In this document: positions 1 through 27,619 of the stretch, in pieces
How the letters are laid out: every line of letters begins with the position of its first letter
Numbering within the stretch: position 1 is the stretch's first letter
Origin: the human T2T-CHM13v2.0 reference genome, Homo sapiens
Direction: 5' to 3' (one strand)
DNA length: 64,000 nt
Assembly (NCBI RefSeq): GCF_009914755.1
Contig: NC_060947.1
Position numbers and translations under genes: made by a program
The notes under the pieces: model-generated
The model's database searches: none
What the model was told of the DNA's origin: nothing
Seen by the model: the letters and a program-made list of their open reading frames with translations, nothing else

Positions 1-529
1 AATTTGAAGGGCATGAGGTTTACTGATTCTTCCTGATGATCAAGGTCCATATATTGAGCCAGAACATAAGAGCTATTTGTGCAGACATGGCTTTGATTTC
101 CTGAAGAGTCACATATTTTTAGTTCTGCTTTAGCAGGACACCTTTGGTTGACATGCAGACATATTTTAAGTCACAGCAGAGCAATCCTATCTCTGTATTT
201 ATCACAAGATTGCTGATAAGGGACTTGGCTGACGCATCAGAGAACTGTCTTATCAAAGAAATCTTTGCTTCTGAGGAAGTGGCTTACTTTCTCTGTATGG
301 GTGAGATAAATAAAGCAAATGAGCTTTTTTCCCCCTCTATGTTGTGGCTTCTAGGAAGCTCAGAAAAATAACTGTAGCTCAACATAATTATGTAGAATCC
401 TATGATCTACATATAGACATTTCAACCTGGCCTTGGTTTTGCTCTACTTCCCTATTCCATTTTATGTGTTTATATGTATCCATTTTATGGTATTAATAAT
501 AGTATAATAATAATATTAAACTCATATAT

Positions 530-700
530 AAGACTTACGTATGTGCTAGGCATTGTTGTAAACACTTATATTGACTCAATTGATCTACACAACAACCATA
601 CAAGGCAGGTATTATTATTATTATCATTAACATCATCATCCCTATTTTACAGTTAGAGAAACTAAGGCACAAAGAGGTTAAATGACGACTCTGTCCGCAG
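530..700. mobile_element. MIR fragment (others near 23260-23360, 44220-44395, 49760-49860; L2 end near 43240-43380)
   Basis: MIR core CCTATTTTACAG..GAGAAACTAAGGCACAAAGAGGTTAA. Confidence 0.75.
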
Positions 701-964
701 ACCACCAGCCCTCTCACTTCCGTTCGATGTAAACTCTCTGCCCCGCCTCATACCCTGCTCTGATGTTAAGATCCGAATGCTTATTCAGGCAAGGTCCCCT
801 TGTGTTTCCAAAATCAGTCACAACTTCCTCTGACAGCCACCTTTTTCCGACCTTTATCCTGCATTAATTAGGTACTGCCAGTCACTATACTTGCTCATGC
901 GCAGTACCGTTCCCAAAGCCGTCGGTGCTAGCAGCCAAAGTTGTTCTGTGGTTTTCTTTAATTT

Positions 965-1190
965 AATGATTAAATTTTTTTAATTGTACATATTTGTAGG
1001 GTGCAGAGTGGTATTTCAATACATGCATACAATGTGTAATGATCAAATCAGGGTAATTAGCATGTGCATCACCTCAAATATTTATCATTTCTTTGCGTTG
1101 GGAATATTCAAAATCCTCTCTTCTAGGTATTTGAAAATGTACAATAAATTATTGCTAACTATAGTTATTAAGCAGTGCTATAGAACACCA
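965..1190 (-). mobile_element. L1MA-like 3' end fragment
   Basis: T-rich tail followed by TACAATGTGTAATGATCAAATCAGGGTAATTAGCAT. Confidence 0.7.
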
Positions 1191-2301
1191 AAACTTTTTT
1201 GTTCCTTAACTGCAATGATTGTACGTATTTGGCTGGCAAGAAAAATGGCCGTGCCAGTAAACCAGCTTGTCAAGGGAGCAGGCATCTTTACAGCCCTTAC
1301 CATTCCGTACAGGAGAGTAATATGCCTTTTAAAGTTTGGAAAAGATAGAACTCCGAGAGGACTTTGAAAACTTGGCGATAAAAGTGGGGCCCTTTGTGCA
1401 AAGCTAGTGACGGGCAAATTATGGGCGTGTTTGGGGGGGTTTCAAGAGAACGGGTATGTAAAAATGTTGAGTTCAGGACCACAGACCCCTCCGCCGGGAG
1501 ATACCACTGCGGAGACGGGGGACGCCTGAAATGGTACGGACATCCCTGGTACCTATTACCGGGGAAAAAGGATGCAGAGCCGGTGATAATACATTCCTCC
1601 ACCGGTCAGTATCAGTGGGGAGATGGGGAGAACGTGTGGAGCTGGTACTCCTCTCAAGAAAATAACAGTAGGGAGATAGATACTATTAAGCTAGCGGTGG
1701 CGAAGGCTCAGGTTGGTACAGTCCGTTGTGGGAGATACCACTGGTGCAAATAGGGAGGTGTGGTACAATCTGCCCTCGGAGAAAGAAACGTGAAGAAAGT
1801 GACATTGGTAAACATAGGCGCAGGGAGAGTTGGAGACATAAGCCCAGGGATAAAGGGGCCCAGGTGAGGTGGAATATTAGTCGGAGACTAGGTGAGAAGA
1901 CAGATCTGATCGCGACCCCGCCAGGACTACATTCCATCCTCCTCCTGGGAAACTGTTGCAGAGAGATTTGAGAGGGCGGAGATTCCAGGGTCCCAGTCCT
2001 ATGAGGCCTCCCTGAGGCCTAGGGGAATAAACAGGAGACAGACAGTGATCAGGTTCCGGACCTCAAACACTCTCCCCTATTAATCATATTCTACCAATTG
2101 ATCACCTGAAAGAAAATGCACAGGTGAGCCCTTTCAGCCTATTGCAATAGGGAAAACTTTTCTTAATGAGGAACATCCCAAAGACAAGGAAAGAGACCTC
2201 GGGTTGTATAGAGGCAGGTAAGCAAAAGAGTCATCCTTGAGTCATCAATCAGGACAGATAGAGATAGGTCTTATCTCAGAATGTGTAAATACATTAGGGA
2301 C

Positions 2302-2715
2302 TACTATAGACTGAATTGCGCCCCTTCCCCCCCCCCCCCCCCATTCATACGTTGAAGCCCAAACTGTCAATGTGATGGTATTTGAGGATGGGGCCTTTGG
2401 GAGGTAATTAAGGCTATATGAGGTCATGAGGGTGGGGCCTTGGTCTAATGGGATTAGTGCCCTTATAAAAACAGACGTCCAAGAGTTTGCTCACTCTCTC
2501 TCCATTTGCACAAAAAAGAGGTGATGTGAAAACACAGTAAGAAGGCAGTTGTCTGCAAGCCTTATGGCTTTCTTTATAGAGAACCCTCACCAGGAACCAA
2601 ATCAGCTGGCCCCTTCATCTTGGACTTCTCCCAGCCTCCAGAACTATGCCAAATAAACTTCTGGTTTAACCCGTCCAGTCTGTGGCATTTTATTATGGCA
2701 GCCCAAGCAGGTAAT
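2302..2715 (+). mobile_element. MLT1-type MaLR LTR (further MLT1/MST pieces at about 34230-34370, 36160-36500, 36694-37040, 53913-55066, 56891-57245)
   Basis: MLT1 hallmarks: GGGCCTTTGGGAGGTAATTA, CTTGGACTTCTCCCAGCCTCCAGAACT, AATAAA and TTATGGCAGCCC. Confidence 0.8.
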
Positions 2716-3019
2716 CCAGGGACTTTTGCAGTTAGCCCTTTGCTGGAACCCCAAAGGGAGCCAGGGGCTGTGAGAATTTTGTAACCATGACTGCTTTCCA
2801 GGAGCACAGGACCCACTCAGATATAAAGTAACAGCATCACTCCCCTTCCAGCTCACTCTGCCCCTCATGGCTCCTACTCCTTCCCACTCTACCAATCATT
2901 AACATGTATTCTCTCCCACGGTGCCCCCAATTTCCCGCCATTCAGTCACACTGCCATTTTCTTTCATTCATTCTGCTTCATGGCCACCATTCACGCATCT
3001 TGTACCCCATATAAACACC

Positions 3020-5430
<2,411 letters not shown>

Positions 5431-7370
5431 TAACTCTCTACCCTTAAACTTTTATGCCAGAATTTCTAAGGACCAGATAGAATGAATTATGCCTTTACTG
5501 TTATATAAGTAAGCCAAAGATGGCCTCTATGTTTGACCCCCAGGTTGTTTATTTCTTCACTGCAGGCTGAGACCCCTTAACTCAAAAGTTTGCTGGCACC
5601 AAACAAATTTTTACATACCCAAATATTTCATAAATAGCCCAAACACATAGATTTTTAGCCACTGAGAGTCTTCCTGCTTTACATACCCCAGAAAACCTGG
5701 TACTACATCTTTCATCTTTGGGGAATAGATAAGTTAGGCCCCAGGCCATAAAATACCCAAAGCTGCTGCTGCTGCCCTTCAGAGTTCTCTGACCCAGAGA
5801 CTTTTCTCTTTGCTGCTGAATGACATCACCTAGACAAATAAGCCCCCGTCTTGATGCCCCAGCACTTCCCTTGTCGTTCTGCCCTTCCGAATAGTTGACC
5901 AGTGGCCATAACCTCTGTACAGGCTCGGGCTGTGAGGGACTTCATGCAAACCTGTCACAGAATCACCCCATAACCCTTATTGTGCTACGCCACCTTGTGG
6001 TCATTTATTTCCTTCATCAGCGCCCTAAATCGCTCAAACTCCCTGTAAGTGACAAAGAGGAAAAGGGAAGGATTTCTGGTAATCATGAAATAGATAGGAG
6101 ACAGTAGGACAAGTAATTGGTAAAAGAATCCTGGATGGTCTCAAGCGGTGGAACTCTAAACTTGGAATGCCATTGCATCAGTTTGGCATGGGACTGCTTT
6201 GTGCTGTGTCACATACTCTACATTTGTGGGTTTTCTCTGTGCCTCACTAGCCTGGCCAAGCAGTAACACCAGTATTTGAATGAATCCACTTCATTAGAAC
6301 TGACTTTTGGGATCAGGTGTGGAACTGCCTGGGGAAGGAGGTCACCCTGCCCGCCTGGAGCCCCACTAGGCAGGGAAATGCTGGGGCACGCACAGGGCGC
6401 TATAAGGCCTGTGGGTCTGAACACAAAAGGTTGGGGGAGTACACATCTCTGGACTGAGGGTGGGCTATCCTGACCCCATGACTGGCTAGAGTGGTAGGAG
6501 CCCCGTGAGTTGGCCCTGTGATTTTGGGTACCCTGAGACGCATATGACACGTGAACATGGCTATAAAGCAGCGATGTCGGGCTGACGTGGATCCCCTAAG
6601 CACAGCTGGGGGAGGCGCTTTTGTAAACAGCTAGCATGCCTCTGTTCTTGTCGCATTTGAATTTGCTATTACAGATGACATCATTTCTGTTCCTTTCCGG
6701 AGCAATATCAAGACCCCAAATTTGTTGAGGTGGGGCAAAACTGTTACTTCACGTGACTAAAGACGTTTATATTGCTGTCCCAACCAGGACTCCAAAGGAG
6801 GTGGCTGTCCTCTTGAATCCAAACCAGGGGACCCATGTTGGGCTTGCGCGCTTCTCGCCAGGACACGGCCCAGAGGGTAGGTCTCTCATTCATAGTAGCC
6901 ACATTAAGCCTGGCTGTCTACTCTAGTCTATGATCGGGGCATAGAATAATAATAACCCTTATTGTGCTACGCCACCTTGTGGTCATATAATCTTCTTTCA
7001 TCAGAGGAGACCAGAAGGCGTAGAAGACCCCGGAGAAGAGGACTGGCGCCCTCTAGAGGATGACGCGACACAATACCACCATGAGAGAGTGAGGAACTTG
7101 ACCTTCTCCTTTGCCAGTCACCAACAGCAAAGTCAAAAAAACAGAAGAGACAACAGGGGAGGGTCAAGAAGGAGAGGCCATTTCTCATTTGGAGGAGGAG
7201 ACACCCTCTGTCTCACCCGGAGCCCCTGCCTGTCCGTAAGGACCTAGCCAGGGAACCAAATGAAAAAGCTACCGATGGCCGGGCGTGCTGGCTCACGCCT
7301 GTAATCCCAGCACTTTGGGAGGCCAAGGCGGGCGGATCATGAGGTCAGGAGATCGAGACCATCCTGGCTA

Positions 7371-7893
<523 letters not shown>

Positions 7894-8270
7894 TCAGCTC
7901 TGCACATTCCAGTGGGATTATCTGGTGACAGATGGCAGGGCATGAGGACTCTATAGTCTGAGGAGGCTGAATGGAGTGCTGAGCCCACACAGTAGTTTCT
8001 CAGGGAGCACCTGACAAGTACAAGTCCTGATTTCTGTCAGCGATGGCTAAGGCTAAACAATCCACCAGGCCATGGCTGCCCTGGATGGAATAGAATCTCA
8101 TGGAGGACAAACTCACAGCCCAGTGTTGCCTGCAGTTATGAAAACAATGCCCCACCTGGCCTAAATCACAAGGAACATCACCGGCAAGGCCGCCCCCTCA
8201 TAGTGCAAATAAACCACCACCAGCCAGGCCCCCAGTTGAGCGGGAACCCTGAGATGCACGGAAGAGGTCA

Positions 8271-8773
8271 TCTATTAGTCAGGGTTCTGCAGAGCAACAG
8301 AACCGATAGGAGGCGATATGTCTACGTCTATGTGGAGATATGTGGGATTTATCGTAAGGAATTGGCCCACATGGGCCCAGAGGCCCACAGATCCCAAGAC
8401 CTGTAGTTGGCAAGCTGGGAACCCAGGAGAGCGGGTGGTGCAGGTCCAGTGTGACGGCCAGCAGACTTGAGGCCAATGAAGAGCTGACGTTTTAGCGCAT
8501 GCTCCAAGGCGGGAATAAACTGATGTCCCAGCCCCAGCACTCAGGCAGGAGGAGTCCTCTCTGACTCACGGAGGGTCAGCAGTCCTGTTTGCCTCAGGCT
8601 TTCAACTGGCTGGGTGGGGCCCCCCACATCTAGGAGGGAGGTCAGCTTCACTTAGTCTTCCAGAGAAAGGTTAAGCTCACCCAGAAACACACTCACAGCC
8701 ACACCCAGGACAGTTTGATCCATTGTTTAGGCACCCTGTAGCCCAGGCAAGTTGACACGTAAAATTCACCATC
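8271..8773 (-). mobile_element. MLT2-type LTR inserted in the ERVL internal region
   Basis: Ends typical of reverse MLT2: TATTAGTCAGGGTTCTGCAGAG..AGAACC and CAAGTTGACACGTAAAATTCACCATC. Confidence 0.75.
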
Positions 8774-8929
8774 CCGGGTTGTATGGAGCCTCAAGGGACA
8801 AGAGGATCCCAAATTGGATGTGCTCTGATAAATCAGTGCAACAACACAATACGAGCCAGGGTGAGGGGACAGCCATGGCAGGCCTCTGCTTCCAAGGCAG
8901 CCTCACCTTCAACACCTGCCTTGATCTCT

Positions 8930-12500
<3,571 letters not shown>

Positions 12501-12599
12501 AAAAATACTGCCCACAGGCCTGATCATTATTTCACATGCCTATGCCATAACTACACCATATTGAAATTCACGATAAATGAGGAGACTGCCAACAGGACA

Positions 12600-16020
<3,421 letters not shown>

Positions 16021-16709
16021 TGAGTTGTCAAAGAAAAACAAATCAGGGCTTATTAAGGAGAAACTTTTGTTCAAAAAGATTTTTGTGGGGAAGGAGAAGA
16101 GACTATTGCAACAGGGAGAGGGGGATGATTGCAATAGGGAGTATGCTGTGACCATAAGGTCTCCAAGGCGATGAAAACCAGGCAGGAAAAAAAGGCTTTT
16201 CTTGTAGAGGGTAAGGAGGCAGGCAGAGATAAGCAGAATCTGTGGAGAGGAAGCTGCACAAATAAGAGGGAATGTCCAGTGGGGCCTGCCAGGAAAATGT
16301 CCCACCGTGATTGGCCCATTCCCAGGAAAGGCTGAGAAGCAGGGGCACACTCCTCCTTTTCGTGTGTTTGCACAGGCTTAGGGACAATCAGAGTTTGGGG
16401 GCCTGTAGGAGAGAGAGAAGCCTGGCTCAAGTTTGGTCAAGACTAAGCAGACGGTAAGCAATGCATGACTGTGAACCCTTGATCTGTTTCCTCTGTTGTT
16501 TTAAGTGTTTTTCTTTGACAACTCACATACAGCCAGATGTATTAATAAGTGCAAAGTCTATCCTGAAACTCTATTAGGGATGGAATAAGAGGCATTGTGA
16601 GGTTGAATTTTCTCCAAAGAATGTCCATGAGTGTATTAGCCTTCACATTCTTGTTACTGAAGGACGACTGTATTATCTGTCGAGCATGCTATCAGACTGA
16701 CAGCTGTCA

Positions 16710-17463
<754 letters not shown>

Positions 17464-18106
17464 TCATATAGTGGAATGAGGATGACAGTAGAAATCTGAC
17501 AAATTTCCAAGTTTGCAGCCTGTTTTTCATGATGGCAGAGACATCAGAGAGGTTTCTGGGAACATATGTACACCAGTTGCTTCTGATCATTTCACAGGTG
17601 CCCCCTCGAGAAGCCAAGATCATGTCCTATGCCAGTTGATTATGAAGGATCACTCTGCTTGCAGAAGTACTTATCATCCTTTGGCAATGATGGTGGTGGT
17701 TTTGGTAAGATTGTCCATAGTCATGGTTATTTCATGTAGCAGAACATGGAACATGGAGGAGTTCCAGTGAACTGAGTGGCCCACACAGCAGTGGCTCTAG
17801 GCATTAAAGTTGCCCATACATGATCTGTTGCAGCAATCAAGATTTTTTTGGTTTATTCCCAATCTCTTAGCCTCTTGTTCTAAGCCTTCTTGAAAACCTG
17901 ATGAGAAAGGAAGGTCACAGCCTCCCTCTAGGGCTGGGGTTCTTTCTGCCTAAACTTGTAACATGTTTCCATAGACCCTTTGGCTCATCTAGTGTCTGGA
18001 AAACTTTGGATGTAATAGAGTAGTTGAGGTGAGAGAATAAGCCAGTCTGGTTAAGCATAGATTGTCCTTTTCGAAAAGTTTGAAGTTGAAAAAAGCTTCC
18101 TTTTGA

Positions 18107-18546
18107 AGACTTGGAAACAACCAAATGCCCATCAGTGATAGACTGGATAAAGAAAATGTGGCACATATACACCATGGATTACTGTGCAGCCATAAAAAAG
18201 AATGAGTTCATGTCCTTTGCAGGGAAATGAATGAAGCTGGAAGCCATTATTCTCAGCAAACTAACACAGGAACAGAAAACCAAACACCACATGTTCTCAC
18301 TCATAAGTAGGAGTTGAACAATGAGAACACATGGACACAGGGAAGGGAACATTACACACCAGGGCCTGTCCAGGGGTGAGAGGCAAGGGGAGGGAGAGCA
18401 TTAAGCCAAATACCTAATGCATGCGGGGCTTAAAACCTAGATGATGGGTTGATAGGTGCAGCAAACCACCACGGCACACATATACTATGTAACAAACCTA
18501 CACGTTCTGCACATGTATCCCAGAACTTTAAGTAAAATTAAAAAAA
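18107..18546 (+). mobile_element. L1PA 3' end fragment
   Basis: Typical L1 3' end (AAATGTGGCACATATACACCATGG...TATCCCAGAACTTTAAGTA) with an A-tail. Confidence 0.9.
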
Positions 18547-19198
18547 TTTTTAAAAAGGTGCTGTGGAGAAAAGCTAAAGGAACCTGAGTGATAGCAAAAG
18601 GATGCCTTTAAATCTGAGACAGGTATAGGAACTTAGGGAAAACTGCAGGCTGCCAAAGGGAAGGAAACACACAGCCTGCAATGAAAAGCAGGGTTGTGAG
18701 ACTGAGGTTGAGATGAGTTGAATGAATGAATGTCTTAGATTCTGGGGTCCTTGCAGAGATGGTGGAATTGTTAAGAGGGAGAATAACTTGGGTGAAGAGG
18801 AAGAGGAGATTACACAAAGCAACCCTCATCATGGAAAACTGCAGTTGCAATGGAGGAAGTTATGCAGAGAGTGAAGGTGATGCTGGAGGGGACAGAGAAA
18901 AAAGAGGACACAGCAAAGGACAGTAAAAAGGGTAAGAATAGGACGTTGGCAAAGAAATCCTACAGGGTAATGTTCCAGCATCTTGGGTGGAAATTAACCA
19001 CCTCGTGATGTCATCTACTTGGTCTGAAGTTCTTGGGAGAGCTGTCTACCTCAAGACACTGTTTCTTGGGACTCTCAAGACAGCCTCAGTTTAAAGTCTC
19101 TGGTTGGGGCAGATTTCCATTTAGAGTAGCTTTTAATATATTTTCAGTTGAGAAACATCAATCCAGGGTTACACCTTCCAGGTTTTGGCAGCAGTGTT

Positions 19199-20657
<1,459 letters not shown>

Positions 20658-20957
20658 TTAAGATTAGTTTTCTGGTGATGTTGACTTTAGAGAACAAGGT
20701 CTCCAATTTCTAGGTTGTACAATGGTTTGGATAGGAAAATTGGAGGAAAATCAGCCTCAACCTATTGAAGGTAAGTTTGAGTATAATTGATAAATATTTT
20801 GAAGTAATTTAGATTGTCTGAATTGACCAGGTTAGGATATTTGAAAGCCTAAATAGAATAGGGAATTCTCATGGGGCTTGCCAGTTATTATTGTATATGG
20901 GTATAGTTTGTGTGATCTGGCAGGAGAGGATCAGAAGGCAATCAGGGCTAAGGGTAA

Positions 20958-21303
<346 letters not shown>

Positions 21304-21695
21304 TAATTTTAATAGTCCATTAGGTCTGTCTATTATTACAGGAAAGATAGGTGATAAGGGATGATCCGGAGAGATAATAAGGACTACATATTTTTGTGAT
21401 ACAGGAAGAACGACTTGGATTTCTTAGATTACTTTACTGGTGAAATGGGTCCCTCAGCCACTTAAAAAGAGCTAATGGAATTGTCCATGTGCAAAACACT
21501 TGCCCTGTTAATTTAGGGAAGGCTAAGTATTTTTTTTACAACACTTCCCATACACTTTATATAATATTAACTAAATCTAATTATTTTAGTACCTCCTTTT
21601 AAAAAGTGAAAGAACAAATCATTTTGTGATTTCCTTGGGACCCTCTGGAAAATCTCAAAGGCAGGTTTAGGTATAAAACATACCATTTAATATTA

Positions 21696-22030
<335 letters not shown>

Positions 22031-22219
22031 TCAAAAATTGTTAGGATACTTGAAAATTTGGTTAAATAGGGTCATGGGTCACTGATAAACAATACTTGGC
22101 TACCATTTAACTAAAGTGATTTTAAAGTAAATATAGGAGGTAACATGGTTGTAAAAATAGCTCTTTAAAAAGTGAAAAAACTTGATTCTCTTAAATAACT
22201 AAGGATATGAAAAAGTCAA

Positions 22220-23000
22220 CATAAAGCACAGGTATAAAGAGCTGGGTGTCCTCTAATTCAATCCACTACTGACTATCTACTTGGAGACAGAGTCAGCTCC
22301 CACAAGTTGAGGACTCAGTCTCACAAGACTGTCTCCCATTTGAGATGCCAGTTGCAAGCACATATTGAGACCTGTACTTCTTACCAACTGGCTGTAAGTC
22401 AGGATTCCCACGACCCCCCTGAGGTTCAATTCATTTGCTAGAGCAGCTCACAGAACCCAGGCAAACACTTTACTTATGTTTACTGGTTTATTAATAAGGG
22501 ATATAATGAAGGATGAAGATTAACAGCCAGATAGCGAAGATGCATAGAGCAAGGCATGAGGGAAGGGGTGTGGAGTTCCCATGCCGCCTCCAGAGCACCA
22601 CCCTCCAAGAACCCACACATTTCCAGCTATCTGGAAGCTCCCCAAGCCCTGTCCTTTTGGGTTTTTATAGAGGCTCCATTACCTAGATGTAATTGATTAC
22701 ATCATTAGCCATTGATGATCAATTCAACCTTCAGCCCCAGAGTTGAGGGATGGGGCTGGAGGTCCCAACCTTCTAATCACATGGTTGATTCCCCTGGCAA
22801 CCAGCTCCCATCCTGAGGCTATCCAGGAGGACATTAAGAGGTCACCTCATTAGAGCAAAAGATGCTTCTATCACCCAGGAAATTCCAAGGGATTTAGAAG
22901 CTCTGTGTCAGACACTCCTATCACACAAGAAATTACAACGGTCTTAAGAGCTTTGTATCAGAAACTGGGGTCAAAGACCAAATATTAAAACAGAATATTT
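22220..23000 (-). mobile_element. MER21-family LTR
   Basis: Recognised blocks GCTGGGTGTCCTCTAATTCAA, CTCAGTCTCACAAGACTG and GGGTCAAAGACCAAATATT (reverse of the MER21 consensus as recalled). Confidence 0.7.
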
Positions 23001-24374
23001 TTATCATCTCTCTCTCCTGTAATGATAGACAGACCTAACGGACTATTAAAATTAAAGCTTGCTAAACTGGACATAGTGGCTTACGCCTGTAATCCCAGCA
23101 CTTTGGGAGGTCAAGGCACCAGGAGTTCAAGACCAGCTTGAGCAACATAGTGAGACCCCATCTGTAAAAGACAAAACTAAACCAAAAACAAACAAACAAT
23201 AAAGCTTAGTAAACTGATGGAAAAACTCAATCTCCAATGAACTAAAGTTTTACCCTCTCTGGGACTCTCCTTCACCATCTGTAAAATGAAGCCAGGGCTC
23301 ATTTACGTGGGATTCCCATGAGGATCAAGTAAAACTGTGCTGGAAGACTTTAGCACAACACATTCCTGTCTGGCAGCAGAAGGGGATCAGCCTTGAGGTA
23401 TAAAATTCTGGGTTGCAATCAGTGGTGTGCTGATAACAGCTGGCCCCAGCGAAATGGCACAAGCCAGCTCAGCATGGCTCGATTTATGTGAAGTTTCTAG
23501 AAGAGGCTAAACTAATCTATGGTGAGAAAAGTCAGGACAATGCTTGCCTCTGGAGGGGGTGGCAGCAGGGATTGATAAGGAAAGGGCATGAGGGAACTGT
23601 CTCAGGTGATGGTCGTGTTTAATGTTTTGATAGGGGTTTACATTTGTCAAAATTCTTTGAATGATACACTTGAGATTTATACATTTCACTGTATACAATT
23701 TTACTTAAAACTGTAAATATTGAACTCTAGTTAATGATATGTACGCTGAATTATCTAGAAGCGAAGTGCACTGAAATCTGCAACTTACTTTGAATTGCAC
23801 CAAAAAATAACATGGATTGATGGACAGATAGAAACATGGATAGATGAAAAGAGATGAGATAAAGCCAGGTTAACAACATGTAACAGTCTGGGTGTAGGGT
23901 ATATTGGCACTTACCAAACAATTCTTTGTATCTTCTGTATGCTTGAAGATTTAATTATGAAAAATGTTGAGGAAACATACTGAGCATATCTTACATACAA
24001 AGTTGTTTATCTTTGCCCCATTGCTTCTAGTAGTTTCATTTACATATATTGATTATAATTTTATCCACTAATGACTTTTACTTTGCAGAGAAAACTAGGA
24101 AGTAGATAACTATGAACTGTCTATCATAGAGCAGGCTAGCAAAGCTTATGAATATATATCTCACAATCTAGTTGATACAATATTGGCTTATTCGACTAGT
24201 AAACCTGTACACATTTAGGAAGAACATACCAAGTAGAAAGAAGTGTATACTTCTGTTATACTTAATGGTAATAACTCATAAAACATAGCTATTTTTATTA
24301 AGCCAACAATATTAAGCTAATTTTGTTTGCCAAAGATTTACCTAAATTAGGTAACTTGAATTTTTTTTTTTTAG

Positions 24375-24653
<279 letters not shown>

Positions 24654-25044
24654 TAAATTGAATTTTTAAAACATTTATGTTAGGTTTTAGAGAATACTTT
24701 TTCCCCCACACTGGAAGTATTAGAAGTTCAGATTTTTTTTTTCTGACAGTTTTAGGGTTTTTAAGGAATTTTATAAATTAATTTGATAGTATCATCCAGA
24801 GGTAGAAAAATATCACATATGCATAAAATAAATACATAAACATACAGGCAGATGCAAATAAAGATCTTACAGGTTTCATTCTAAAATTTTAGCCACGATT
24901 CAGGCATAAACACAGAAATACAAAACTCACTAGTCAATACAACAGAGTTGGCTCATTGTCTTTGCCCCACTTTGTATTTTTATCAGAATTCTGTTTCTGG
25001 CAGACGGGACAAGTTGAGGTTTACCTATTCAACATGAGGGCTAA

Positions 25045-25334
<290 letters not shown>

Positions 25335-27445
25335 TGATCCGCCCGCCTCGGCCTCCCAGAGTGCTGGGATTACAGGCGTGAGCCACCGCGCCCGGCATGG
25401 AGGAGACTTTTAAGATTTTCTTTGCCCTGATGTGTAATTTGATGGATGTTGTGGACCAAATGTTTGGTGAGGGACTGAACAGACACCCAGCAGCCATCTG
25501 GGTATCTCCAAAGACCATCTGAGTAGCTAAAATATCCAGTCTGTTTCCAGCTAGCTTTCAGCCTCTGATGCTTGCTTTTGGAGCCTCTGAACCCCTCAAG
25601 AGTCCCCCTGTGGTGGCAGAAGGACCAAAGCGCTAATGACTATAGGGAGTTGAGGTACTGGTTTGAGAAGGGAAAGGTCTGGCAGGGGTAGACAGAGAGG
25701 TGGAGGAGGTAGGTATATGAATGGGGACAACATCAAAGGATCCCAGGAAACTGAAAGGAAGATCAAAGGTGGTAAGGGAAGGAAGGAGGAGTAGAGGCCA
25801 TGGGAAGGGAAAGGTCTTAGATGAGCTAATCTGGGGAGATCGCAAGTTCCCTAAAGAGGCTACTGAAGTTCCAAATTCCCTCTGGTAATTTTTTGGCCAT
25901 TTATGAATACATTAGACTGAATCAGTGCCCCAGCGGGAAGACATGTAGTAAACAGGAAAGAAGAGGAGGGAAGGCATCTGAGAGAATGAGTTCCCCATGG
26001 GATTAACAGATAGTTAAGCCAAGATTGAAGAGCCAAGGGAACACTTCATGTAATCTCCATGGCAGAAAGCCCAGAGAACTCCCACGCACAATTTCTGGGG
26101 TGGAGTCAAGTGAACCCCCTGCCCCATGCAATCACCAGGGATTGAGGAGCTGAGGAAATTCCCACACGCCATCCCCATGTTTGAGATGCCAAGAAAATTC
26201 TTATGCATAATCCCCCAGTTTAGAGAGCCAAGAAAAAAACAGAAGAGGCTTCACAGAAAGGGATAAAGAAATCACTTTGCCAGAAAGAATAAACGTAACT
26301 CCTGACTACCACATTACAGCAGATAAACGTCCAAAGCACTGGATTAGATAAGGAAGTGTGACTCACCACCATGGATTCCTACTTTTCCAGGCAGAAAAAG
26401 ACACAAAGGGTCCAGGAAGCCAGCATGAATACCTGGGTGAAGACACAGGTTCCGAGGAACAGCCAGCACTCCATCTGAGTCACAGCGCCATTAGTATTCA
26501 AAGAAACACAAATCAGGATTTAGTAAGGAGAGATTTTATTTAAAAGGATTATTACAAGGGAGGGAAAAGGACTATTGAAATAGGGAGAGGAGGATGACTG
26601 CAATAGGGAGAATGCTGTGACTATAAGGTCTGCAAGATTCTCAAAGCCAAACAGAAAAAGGTTTTTCTTTTATAGAGGAAGGAGGAAGCAAGCAGGGATA
26701 AATAATCTTTGGAAAGGAAGCTGGACAAGCAAGGGGCATGCCCTGGGTCTTTGTGTTTGGGTTTAAGGACAAGCAGAGGGTAAGCAATGGGCAACTGTGA
26801 ACCCTTGATCGGGGCAGATGACACTCTCCAAGGCTTATAGCTAGCCAGGTGCACCAAAGGGACAAACAAATCACAGTCTTCTCCCTTTCTGATCTTTTCT
26901 CCTGGCTTTCCCCCACTAAATGGGCAGACTGGCTGCAAACTGGCTGAAATCTTAGTTTGTGGCCTATAAGACCAAGAATCTTATACAACTCTTATAGGTT
27001 GCTTTATCACTGACACCAAAATCAGTTATTATGAAATAACATACAACTAAGATTATAAAGCCACCTGGGTCCAGGGCATGGATTTTTATTTTTATGTATT
27101 TAGTTATTCATTGAGACATGGTCTCTCTGTCACCCAGGCTGGAGTGCAGTGGCACAATCATAGCTCACTGCACCTACGTCACCCAAGCTGGTCTCAAATT
27201 CCTGGCCTCAAGCAATCCTCTCAACGTGCTGGGATTACAGGTATGAGCCACCGTGCCCGGCCCAGGATGGTTTTTTTCATATATAAATGAGCCAAACATG
27301 ACCTCTATGTGTTGGGAAAAGGGCGGGGGTGCCTGTATAAACAGATACACAATGCCAATTTATGCAGGCACCCCACAAGCCCTTTTCCCAATGTCAATGT
27401 ATTAACCCCTAGGTTATTTCTTCCCTGCAGGCTGAGATCCATTAG

Positions 27446-27619
<174 letters not shown>

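Noticed and set aside
144-371. 75-aa ORF and a possible minus-strand exon in non-repeat DNA at the window start
   Set aside because: No recognisable domain, and the minus frames hit stops. Cannot be supported without a search.
6048-6068. Possible tRNA-Ser PBS after the first LTR (TGACAAAGAGGA)
   Set aside because: Only about 9 of 12 positions match; too degenerate to call.
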